Source: the human T2T-CHM13v2.0 reference genome, Homo sapiens. Taken from it: 64,000 bases of DNA. The position numbers and the translations under genes were made by a program. Below, one piece after another: positions 13,801-26,089 of the stretch. The stretch's first letter is position 1, and the number at the start of each line of letters is the position of its first letter. The notes beneath the pieces were generated by a model, which worked only from the letters and a program-made list of their open reading frames with translations, did no database searches and was not told where the DNA came from. The stretch lies in assembly GCF_009914755.1 (NCBI RefSeq), contig NC_060926.1. One strand, written 5' to 3'.

Positions 13801-14930
13801 TGATAGAGCAGTTTTGAAACACTCTTTTTGTGGAATCTGCAAGTGGATATTTGGATAGCTTTGAGGATTTCGTTGGAAACGGGATTGTCTTCATATAAAC
13901 TCTAGACAGAAGCATTCTCAGAAGCTTCATTGGGATGTTTCAATTGAAGTCACAGTGTTGAACAGTCCCTTTCGTAGAGCAGGTTTGAAACACTCTTTTT
14001 GTAATATCTGGAAGTGGAGATTTGGAGCGCTCTCAGGACTACGGTGAAAAAGGAAATATCTTCCAATAAAAGCTAGATAGAAGCAATGTCAGAAACTTTT
14101 TCATGATGTATCTACTCAGCTAACAGAGTTGAACCTTTTTTTTGAGAGAGCAGTTTTGAAACACTCTTTTTGTTGGATCTGCAGGTGGATATTTGTATAG
14201 CTTTGAGGATTTCGTTTGAAACGGGATTACATATAAAAAGCAGACAGCAGCATTCCCAGAAACTTCTTTGTGATGTTTGCATTCAAGTCACAGAGTTGAA
14301 CATTCCCTTTCATAGAGCAGGTTTGAAACACTCTTTTTGTAGTATCTGGATGTGGACATTTGGAGCGCTCTCAGGCCTATGGTGAAAAAGGAAATATCTT
14401 CCCCTGAAAACTAGACAGAAGCATTCTCAGAAACTTATTTGTGATGTGCGCCCTCAACTAACAGTGTTGAACCTTTCTTTTGATAGAGTAGTTTTGAAAC
14501 ACTCTTTTTCTAAAATCTGCAAGAGGATATTTGGATAGCTTTGAGTATTTCGTTGGAAACGGGATTGTCTTCATATAAACTCTAGACAGTAGCATTCTGA
14601 GAAGCTTCATTGGGATGTTTCAATTGAAGTCACAGTGTTGAACAGTCCCTTTCATAGAGCAGGTTTGAAACACTCTTTTTGTAGCATCTTTAAGTGGACA
14701 TTTGGAGCGCTCTCAGGACTATGGTGAAAAAGGAAGTATCTTCCAATAAAAGCTAGATAGAAGAAATGTGAGAAACTTTTTCATGATGTATCTACTCAGC
14801 TAAAAGGGTTGAACCTTTCTTTTGAGAGAGCAGTTTTGAAACACTCTTTTTGTGGAATCTGCAAGTGGATATTTGTCTAGCTTTGAGGATTTCTTTGGAA
14901 ACGGGATTACAAATAAAAAGCAGACAGCAG

Positions 14931-15439
14931 CATTCCCAGAAACTTCTTTGTGATGTTTGCATTCAAGTCACAGAGTTGAACATTCTCTTTCATAGAGCAT
15001 GTTTGAAACAATCTTTTTGTAGTATCTGGAAGTGGACATTTGGAGCGTTCTCAGGACTACGGTGAAAAAGGAAATATCTTCCAAATAAAGCTAGATAGAA
15101 GCAATGTCAGAAAATTTTTCATGATGTATCTACTCAGCTAACAGAGTTGAACCTTTCTTTTGACAGAGCAGTTTTGAAACACTCTTTTTGTAGTATCTGG
15201 ATGTGGACATTTGGAGCGCTTTCAGGCCTATGCTGAAAAAGGAAATATCTTCCCCTGAAAACTAGACAGAAGCATTCTCAGGAACTTATTTGTGATGTGC
15301 GCCCTCAACTAACAGTGTTGAAGCTTTCTTTTGATAGAGCAGTTTTGAAACACTCTTTTTGTGGAATCTGCAAGAGGATATTTGTCTAGCTTTGAGGATT
15401 TCGTTGGAAACGGGATTACATATAAAAAGCAGACAGCAG
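14931..15439 (+). repeat. 3-mer variant m1/3-m4/1-m2/4 (509 bp)
   Basis: Three consecutive hybrid monomers. Phase shift 14850->16039 = 680+509. Confidence 0.9.
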
Positions 15440-16799
15440 CATTCCCAGTAACTTCTTTGTGATGTTTGCATTCAAGTCACAGAGTTGAACATTCCCTTTC
15501 ATAGAGCAGGTTTGAAACACTCTTTTTGTAGTATCTGGATGTGGACATTTGGAGCGCTTTCAGGCCTATGGTGAAAAAGGAAATATCTTCCCCTGAAAAC
15601 TAGACAGAAGCATTCTCAGAAACTTATTTGTGATGTGCGCCCTCAACTAACAGTGTTGAACCTTTCTTTTGATAGAGCAGTTTTGAAACACTCTTTTTGT
15701 AATATCTGCAAGAGGATATTTGGATAGCTTTGAGGATTTCGTTGGAAACGGGATTGTCTTCATATAAACTCTAGACAGAAGCATTCTCAGAAGCTTCATT
15801 GGGATGTTTCAATTGAAGTCACAGTGTTGAACAGTCCCTTTCATAGAGCAGGTTTGAAACACTCTTTTTGTAGTATCTGGAAGTGGACATTTGGAGAGAT
15901 CTCAGGAATACGGTGATAAAGGAAATATCTTCCAATAAAAGCTAGATAGAAGCAATGTCAGAAACTTTTTCATGATGTATCTACTCAGCTAACAGAGTTG
16001 AACCTTTCTTTTGAGAGAGCAGTTTTGAAACACTCTTTTTGTGGAATCTGCAAGTGGATATTTGTCTAGCTTTGAGGATTTCGTTGGAAACGGGATTACA
16101 TATAAAAAGCAGACAGCAGCATTCCCAGAAACTTCTTTGTGAAGTTTGCATTCAAGTCACAGAGTTAAACATTCCCTTTCATAGAGCAGGTTTGAAACAC
16201 TCTTTTTGTAGTATCTGGATGTGGACATTTGGAGCGCTTTCAGGCCTATGGTGAAAAAGGAAATATCTTCCCCTGAAAACTAGACAGAAGCATTCTCAGA
16301 ATCTTATTTGTGATGTGCGCCCTCAACTAACAGTGTTGAAGCTTTCTTTTGATAGAGCAGTTTTGAAACACTCTTTTTGTAAAGTCTGCAAGAGGATATT
16401 TGGATAGCTTTGAGGATTTCTTTGGAAACGGGATTGTCTTCATATAAACTCTAGACAGAAGCATTCTCAGAAGCTTCATTGGGATGTTTCAATTGAAGAC
16501 ACAGTGTTGAACAGTCCCTTTCATAGAGCAGGTTTGAAACACTCTTTTTGTAGTATCTGGAAGTGGACATTTGGAGCGCTCTCAGGACTACGGTGAAAAA
16601 GGAAGTATCTTCCAATAAAAGCTAGATAGAAGCAATGTCAGAAACTTTTTCATGGTGTATCTACTCAGCTAACAGAGTTGAACCTTTCTTTTGAGAGAGC
16701 AGTTTTGAAACACTCTTTTTGTGGAATCTGCAAGTGCATATTTGTCTAGCTTTGAGGATTTCGTTGGAAACGGGATTACATATAAAAAGCAGACAGCAG

Positions 16800-17479
16800 C
16801 ATTCCCAGAAACTTCTTTGTGATGTTTGCATTCAAGTCACAGAGTTGAACATTCCCTTTCATAGAGCAGGTTTGAAACACTCTTTTTGTAGTATCTGTAT
16901 GTGGACATTTGGAGCGCTTTCAGGCCTATGGTGAAGAAGGAAATATCTTCCCCTGAAAACTAGACAGAAGCATTCTCAGAATCTTATTTGTGATGTGCGC
17001 CCTCAACTAACAGTGTTGAACCTTTCTTTTGATAGAGCAGTTTTGAAACACTCTTTTTGTAAAATCTGCAAGAGGATATTTGGATAGCTTTGAGGATTTC
17101 GTTGGAAACGGGATTGTCTTCATATAAACTCTAGACAGAAGCATTCTCAGAAGCTTCATTGGGATGTTTCAATTGAAGTCACAGTGTTGAACAGTCCCTT
17201 TCATAGAGCAGGTTTGAAACACTCTTTTTGTAGTATCTGGATGTGGACATTTGGAGCGCTTTCAGGCCTATGGTTTAAAAGGAAATATCTTCCCCTGAAA
17301 ACTAGACAGAAGCATTCTCAGAAACTTATTTGTGATGTGCGCCCTCAACTAACAGTGTTGAAGCATTCTTTTGATAGAGCAGTTTTGAAATACTCTTTTT
17401 GTGGAATCTGCAAGTAGATATTTGTCTAGCTTTGAGGATTTCGTTGGAAACGGGATTACATATAAAAAGCAGACAGCAG
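16800..17479 (+). repeat. Variant tetramer m1-m2-m3/1-m2/4
   Basis: Same hybrid junctions as 6777-7456, with the ggtttaaaagg marker at 17274. Confidence 0.9.
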
Positions 17480-20198
17480 CATTCCCAGAAACTTCTTTGT
17501 GATGTTTGCATTCAAGTCACAGAGTTAAACATTCCCTTTCATAGAGCAGGTTTGAAACACTCTTTTTGTAGTATCTGGATGTGGACATTTGGAGCGCTTT
17601 CAGGCCTATGGTGAAAAAGGAAATATCTTCCCCTGAAAACTAGACAGAAGCATTCTCAGAATCTTATTTGTGATGTGCGCCCTCAACTAACAGTGTTGAA
17701 GCTTTCTTTTGATAGAGCAGTTTTGAAACACTCTTTTTGTAAAATCTGCAAGAGGATATTTGGATAGCTTTGAGGATTTCGTTGGAAACGGGATTGTCTT
17801 CATATAAACTCTAGACAGAAGCATTCTCAGAAGCTTCATTGGGATGTTTCAATTGAAGTCACAGTGTTGAACAGTCCCTTTCATAGAGCAGGTTTGAAAC
17901 ACTCTTTTTGTAGTATCTGGAAGTGGACATTTGGAGCGCACTCAGGACTGCGGTGAAAAAGGACATATCTTCCAATAAAAGCTAGATAGAAGCAATGTCA
18001 GAAACTTTTTCATGATGTATCTACTCAGCTAACAGAGTTGAACATTCCTTTGAGAGAGCAGTTTTGAAACACTCTTTTTGTGGAATCTGCAAGTGGATAT
18101 TTGCCTAGCTTTGAGGATTTCGTTGGAAACGGGATTACATATAAAAAGCAGACAGCAGCAATCCCAGTAACTTCTTTGTGATGTTTGCATTCAAGTCACA
18201 GAGTTGAACATTCCCTTTCATAGAGCAGTTTTGAAACACTCTTTTTGTAGTATCTGGATGTGGACATTTGGAGCGCTTTCAGGCCTATGGTGAAAAAGGA
18301 AATATCTTCCCCTGAAAACTAGACAGAAGCATTCTCAGAAACTTATTTGTGATGTGCGCCCTCAACTAACAGTGTTGAACCTTTCTTTTGATAGAGCAGT
18401 TTTGAAACACTCTTTTTGTAATATCTGCAAGAGGATATTTGGATAGCTTTGAGGATTTCGTTGGAAACGGGATTGTCTTCATATAAACTCTAGACAGAAG
18501 CATTCTCAGAAGCTTCATTGGGATGTTTCAATTGAAGTCACAGTGTTGAACAGTCCCTTTCATAGAGCAGGTTTGAAACACTCTTTTTGTAGTATCTGGA
18601 AGTGGATATTTGGAGAGATCTCAGGAGTACGGTGATAAAGGAAATATCTTCCAATAAAAGCTAGATAGAAGCAATGTCAGAAACTTTTTCATGATGTATC
18701 TACTCAGCTAACAGAGTTGAACCTTTCTTTTGAGAGAGCAGTTTTGAAACACTCTTTTTGTGGAATCTGCAAGTGGATATTTGTCTAGCTTTGAGGATTT
18801 CGTTGGAAACGGGATTACATATAAAAAGCAGACAGCAGCATTCCCAGAAACTTCTTTGTGAAGTTTGCATTCAAGTCACAGAGTTGAACATTTGCTTTCA
18901 TAGAGCAGGTTTGAAACACTCTTTTTGTAGTATCTGTATGTGGACATTTGGAGCGCTTTCAGGCCTATGGTGAAAAAGGAAATATCTTCCCCTGAAAACT
19001 AGACAGAAGCATTCTCAGAATCTTATTTGTGATGTGCACCCTCAACTAACAGTGTTGAAGCTTTCTTTTGATAGAGCAGTTTTGAAACACTCTTTTTGTA
19101 AAATCTGCAAGAGGATATTTGGATAGCTTTGAGGATTTCATTGGAAACCGGATTGTCTTCATATAAACTCTAGACAGAAGCATTCTCAGAAGCTTCATTG
19201 GGATGTTTCAATTGAAGTCATAGTGTTGAACAGTCCCTTTCATAGAGCAGGTTTGAAACACTCTTTTTGTAGTATCTGGAAGTGGACATTTGGAGAGATC
19301 TCAGGAATACGGTGATAAAGGAAATATCTTCCAATAAAAGCTAGATAGAAGCAATGTCAGAAACTTTTTCATGATGTACCTACTCAGCTAACAGAGTTGA
19401 ACCTTTCTTTTGAGAGAGCAGTTTTGAAACACTCTTTTTGTGGAATCTGCAAGTGGATATTTGTCTAGCTTTGAGGATTTCGTTGGAAACGGGATTACAT
19501 ATAAAAAGCAGACAGCAGCATTCCCAGAAACTTCTTTGTGATGTTTGCATTCAAGTCACAGAGTTGAACATTCCCTTTCATAGAGCAGGTTTGAAACACT
19601 CTTTTTGTAGTATCTGGATGTGGACATTTGGAGCGCTTTCAGGCCTATGGTGAAAAAGGAAATATCTTCCCCTGAAAACTAGACAGAAGCATTCTCAGAA
19701 TCTTATTTGTGATGTGCGCCCTCAATTAATAGTGTTGAAGCTTTCTTTTGATAGAGCAGTTTTGAAACACTCTTTTTGTAAAATCTGCAAGAGGATATTT
19801 GGATAGCTTTGAGGATTTCGTTGGAAACGGGATTGTCTTCATATAAACTCTAGACAGAAGCATTCTCAGAAGCTTCATTGGGATGTTTCAATTGAAGTCA
19901 CACTGTTGAACAGTTCCTTTCATAGAACAGGTTTGAAACACTCTTTTTCTAGTATCTGGAAGTGGACATTTGGAGCGCTCTCAGGACTATGGTGAAAAAG
20001 GAAATATCTTCCAATAAAAGCTACATAGAAGCAATGTCAGAAACTTTTTCATGATGTATCTACTCAGCTAACAGAGTTGAACCTTTCCTTTGAGAGAGCA
20101 GTTTTGAAACACTCTTTTTGTGGAATCTGCAAGTGGATATTTGTCTAGCTTTGAGGATTTCGTTGGAAACGGGATTACATATAAAAAGCAGACAGCAG

Positions 20199-21216
20199 CA
20201 TTCCCAGTAACTTCTTTGTGATGTTTGCATTCAAGTCACAGAGTTGAACATTCCCTTTCATAGAGCAGGTGTGAAACACTCTTTTTGTAGTATCTGGATG
20301 TGGACATTTGGAGCGCTTTCAGGCCTATGGTGAAAAAGGAAATATCTTCCCCTGAAAAGTAGACAGAAGCATTCTCAGAAACTTATTTGTGATGTGCGCC
20401 CTCAACTAACAGTGTTGAACCTTTCTTTTGATAGAGCAGTTTTGAAACACTCTTTTTGTAATATCTGCAAGAGGATATTTGGATAGCTTTGAGGATTTCG
20501 TTGGAAACGGGATTGTCTTCATATAAACTCTAGACAGAAGCATTCTCAGAAGCTTCATTGGGATGTTTCAATTGAAGTCACAGTGTTGAACAGTCCCTTT
20601 CATAGAGCAGGTTTGAAACACTCTTTTTGTAGTATCTGGATGTGGACATTTGGAGCGCTTTCAGGCCTATGGTTTAAAAGGAAATATCTTCCCCTGAAAA
20701 CTAGACAGAAGCATTCTCAGAAACTTATTTGTGATGTGCGCCCTCAACTAACAGTGTTGAACCTTTCTTTTGATAGAGCAGTTTTGAAACACTCTTTTTG
20801 TGGAATCTGCAAGTGGATATTTGTCTAGCTTTGAGGATTTCGTTGGAAACGGGATTACATATAAAAAGCAGACAGCAGCATTCCCAGAATCTTCTTTGTG
20901 ATGTTTGCATTCAAGTCACAGAGTTGAACATTCCCTTTCATAGAGCAGGTTTGAAACACTCTTTTTATAGTATCTGGATGTGGACATTTGGAGCGCTTTC
21001 AGGCCTATGGTGAAAAAGGAAATATCTTCCCCTGAAAACTAGACAGAAGCATTCTCAGAATCTTATTTGTGATGTGCGCCCTCAACTAACAGTGTTGAAC
21101 CTTTCTTTTGATAGAGCAGTTTTGAAACACTCTTTTTGTGGAATCTGCAGGTGGACATTTGTCTAGCTTTGAGGATTTCGTTGGAAACGGGATTACATAT
21201 AAAAAGCAGACAGCAG
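20199..21216 (+). repeat. Variant tetramer plus 2-mer (copy of 6777-7794)
   Basis: Constant offset of 13422 bp and identical translated ORFs. Confidence 0.92.
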
Positions 21217-24200
21217 CATTCCCAGAATCTTCTTTGTGATGTTTGCATTCAAGTCACAGAGTTGAACATTCCCTTTCATAGAGCAGGTTTGAAACACTCT
21301 TTTTGTAGTATCTGGATGTGGACATTTGGAGCGCTTTCAGGCCTATGGTGAAAAAGGAAATATCTTCTCCTGAAAACTAGACAGAAGCATTCTCAGAATC
21401 TTATTTGTGATGTGCGCCCTCAACTAACAGTGTTGAAGCTTTCTTTTGATAGAGCAGTTTTGAAACACTCTTTTTGTAAAATCTGCAAGAGGATATTTGG
21501 ATAGCTTTGAGGATTTCATTGGAAACGGGATTGTCTTCATATAAACTCTAGACAGAAGCATTCTCAGAAGCTTCATTGGGATGTTTCAATTGAAGTCACA
21601 GTGTTGAACAGTCCCTTTCATAGAGGAGGTTTGAAACACTCTTTTGGTAGTATCTGGAAGTGGACATTTGGAGTGATCTCAGGAATACGGTGATAAAGGA
21701 AATATCTTCCAATAAAAGCTAGATAGAAGCAATGTCAGAAACTTTTTCATGATGTATCTACTCAGCTAACAGAGTTGAACCTTTCTTTTGAGAGAGCAGT
21801 TTTGAAACACTCTTTTTGTGGAAACTGCAAGTGGATATTTGTCTAGCTTTTAGGATTTCGTTGGAAACGGGATTACATATAAAAAGCAGACAGCAGCATT
21901 CCCAGAAACTTCTTTGTGATGTTTGCATTCAAGTCACAGAGTTGAACATTCCCTTTCATAGAGCAGGTTTGAAACACTCTTTTTGTAGTATCTGGATGTG
22001 GACATTTGGAGCGCTTTCAAGCCTATGGTGAAAAAGGAAATATCTTCCCCTGAAAACTAGACAGAAGCATTCTCAGAAACTTATTTGTGATGTGCCTCCT
22101 CAACTAACAGTGTTGAACCTTTCTTTTGATAGAGCAGTTTTGAAACACTCTTTTTGTAATATCTGCAAGAGGATATTTGGATAGCTTTGAGGATTTCGTT
22201 GGAAACGGGATTGTCTTCACATAAACTCTAGACAGAAGCATTCTCAGAAGCTTCATTGGGATGTTTCAATTGAAGTCACAGTGTTGAACAGTTCCTTTCA
22301 TAGAACAGGTTTGAAACACTCTTTTTGTAGTATCTGGAAGTGGACATTTGGAGCGCTCTCAGGACTACGGTGAAAAAGGAAATATCTTCCAATAAAAGCT
22401 AGATAGAAGCAATGTCAGAAAATTTTTCATGATGTATCTACTCAGCTAACAGAGTTGAACCTTCCTTTGAGAGAGCAGTTTTGAAACACTCTTTTTGTGG
22501 AATCTGCAAGTGGATATTTGTCTAGCTTTGAGGATTTCCCTGGAAACGGGATTACATATAAAAACAGACAGCAGCATTCCCAGTAACTTCTTTGTGATGT
22601 TTGCATTCAAGTCACAGAGTTGAACATTCCCTTTCATAGAGCAGGTTTGAAACACTCTTTTTGTAGTATCTGTATGTGGACATTTGGAGCGCTTTCAGGC
22701 CTATGGTGAAAAAGGAAATATCTTCCCCTGAAAACTAGACAGAAGCATTCTCAGAAACTTATTTGTGATGTGCGCCCTCAACTAACAGTGTTGAACCTTT
22801 CTTTTGATAGAGCAGTTTTGAAACACTCTTTTTGTAATATCTGCAAGAGGATATTTGGATAGCTTTGAGGATTTCGTTGGAAACGGGATTGTCTTCATAT
22901 AAACTCTAGACAGAAGCATTCTCAGAAGCTTCATTGGGATGTTTCAATTGAAGTCACAGTGTTGAACATTCCCTTTCATAGAGCAGGTTTGAAACACTCT
23001 TTTTGTAGTATCTGGAAGTGGACATTTGGAGAGATCTCAGGAATACGGTGATAAAGGAAATATCTTCCAATAAAAGCTAGATAGAAGCAATGTCAGAAAC
23101 TTTTTCATGATGTATCTACTCAGCTAACAGAGTTGAACCTTTCTTTTGAGAGAGCAGTTTTGAAACACTCTTTTTGTGGAATCTGCAAGTGGATATTTGT
23201 CTAGCTTTGAGGATTTCGTTGGAAACGGGATTACATATAAAAAGCTGACAGCAGCATTCCCAGAAACTTCTTTGTGAAGTTTGCATTCAAGTCACAGAGT
23301 TGAACGTTCCCTTTCATAGAGCAGGTTTGAAACACTCTTTTTGTAGTATCTGTATGTGGACATTTGGAGCGCTTTCAGGCCTATGGTGAAGAAGGAAATA
23401 TCTTCCCCTGAAAACTAGACAGAAGCATTCTCAGAATCTTATTTGTGATGTGCACCCTCAACTAACAGTGTTGAAGCTTTCTTTTGATAGAGCAGTTTTG
23501 AAACACTCTTTTTGTAAAATCTGCAAGAGGATATTTGGATAGCTTTGAGGATTTCGTTGGAAACGGGATTGTCTTCATATAAACTCTAGACAGAAGCATT
23601 CTCAGAAGCTTCATTGGGATGTTTCAATTGAAGTCATAGTGTTGAACAGTCCCTTTCATAGAGCAGGTTTGAAACACTCTTTTTGTAGTATCTGGAAGTG
23701 GACATTTGGAGAGATCTCAGGAATACGGTGATAAAGGAAATATCTTCCAATAAAAGCTAGATAGAAGCAATGTCAGAAACTTTTTCATGATGTATCTACT
23801 CAGCTAACAGAGTTGAAGCTTTCTTTTGAGAGAGCAGTTTTGAAACACTCTTTTTGTGGAATCTGGAAGTGGATATTTGTCTAGCTTTGAGGATTTCGTT
23901 GGAAACGGGATTACATATAAAAAGCAGACAGCAGCATTCCCAGTAACATCTTTGTGATGTTTGCATTCAAGTCACAGAGTTGAACATTCCCTTTCATAGA
24001 GCAGGTTTGAAACACTCTTTTTGTAGTATCTGGATGTGGACATTTGGAGCACTTTCAGGCCTATGGTGAAAAAGGAAATATCTTCCCCTGAAAACTAGAC
24101 AGAAGCATTCTCAGAATCTTATTTGTGATGTGCGCCCTCAACTAACAGTGTTGAACCTTTCTTTTGATAGAGCAGTTTTGAAACACTCTTTTTGTAAAAT

Positions 24201-26089
24201 CTGCAAGAGGATATTTGGATAGCTTTGAAGATTTCGTTGGAAACGGGATTGTCTTCATATAAACTCTAGACAGAAGCATTCTCAGAAGCTTCATTGGGAT
24301 GTTTCAATTGAAGTCACAGTGTTGAACAGTCCCTTTCATAGAGGAGGTTTGAAACACTCTTTTGGTAGTATCTGGAAGTGGACATTTGGAGTGATCTCAG
24401 GAATACGGTGATAAAGGAAATATCTTCCAATAAAAGCTAGATAGAAGCAATGTCAGAAACTTTTTCATGATGTATCTACTCAGCTAACAGAGTTGAACCT
24501 TTCTTTTGAGAGAGCAGTTTTGAAACACTCTTTTTGTGGAAACTGCAAGTGGATATTTGTCTGGCTTTGAGGATTTCGTTGGAAACGGGATTACATATAA
24601 AAAGCAGACAGCAGCATTCCCAGAAACTTCTTTGTGATGTTTGCATTCAAGTCACAGAGTTGAACATTCCCTTTCATAGAGCAGGTTTGAAACACTCTTT
24701 TTGTAGTATCTGTATGTGGACATTTGGAGCGCTTTCAGGCCTATGGTGAAAAAGGAAATATCTTCCCCTGAAAACTAGACAGAAGCATTCTCAGAAACTT
24801 ATTTGTGATGTGCGCCCTCAACTAACAGTGTTGAAGCTTTCTTTTGATAGAGTAGTTTTTAAACACTCTTTTTGTAATATCTGCAAGAGGATATTTGGAT
24901 AGCTTTGAGGATTTCGTTGGAAACGGGATTGTCTTCACATAAACTCTAGACAGAAGCATTCTCAGAAGCTTCATTGGGATGTTTCAATTGAAGTCACAGT
25001 GTTGAACAGTTCCTTTCATAGAACAGGTTTGAAACACTCTTTTTGTAGTATCTGGAAGTGGACATTTGGAGCGCTGTCAGGACTACGGTGAAAAAGGAAA
25101 TATCTTCCAATAAAAGCTAGATAGAAGCAATGTCAGAAAATTTTTCATGATGTATCTACTCAGCTAACAGAGTTGAACCTTCCTTTGAGAGAGCAGTTTT
25201 GAAACACTCTTTTTGTGGAATCTGCAAGTGGATATTTGTCTAGCTTTGAGGATTTCGCTGGAAACGGGATTACATATAAAAACAGACAGCAGCATTCCCA
25301 GTAACTTCTTTGTGATGTTTGCATTCAAGTCACAGAGTTGAACATTCCCTTTCATAGAGCAGGTTTGAAACACTCTTTTTGTAGTATCTGGATGTGGACA
25401 TTTGGAGCGCTTTCAGGCCTATGGTGAAAAAGGAAATATCTTCCCCTGAAAACTAGACAGAAGCATTCTCAGAAACTTATTTGTGATGTGCGCCCTCAAC
25501 TAACAGTGTTGAACCTTTCTTTTGATAGAGCAGTTTTGAAACACTCTTTTTGTAATATCTGCAAGAGGATATTTGGATAGATTTGAGGATTTCGTTGGAA
25601 ACGGGATTGTCTTCATATAAACTCTAGACAGAAGCATTCTCAGAAGCTTCATTGGGATGTTTCAATTGAAGTCACAGTGTTGAACAGTCCCTTTCATAGA
25701 GCAGGTTTGAAACACTCTTTTTGTAGTATCTGGAAGTGGACATTTGGAGAGATCTCAGGAATACGGTGATAAAGGAAATATCTTCCAATAAAAGCTAGAT
25801 AGAAGCAACGTCAGAAACTTTTTCATGATGTATCTACTCAGCTAACAGAGTTGAACTTTTCTTTTGAGAGAGCAGTTTTGAAACACTCTTTTTGTGGAAT
25901 CTGCAAGTGGATATTTGTCTAGCTTTGAGGATTTCGTTGGAAACGGGATTACATATAAAAAGCAGACAGCAGCATTCCCAGAAACTTCTTTGTGAAGTTT
26001 GCATTCAAGTCACAGAGTTGAACATTCCCTTTCATAGAGCAGGTTTGAAACACTCTTTTTGTAGTATCTGGATGTGGACATTTGGAGCG

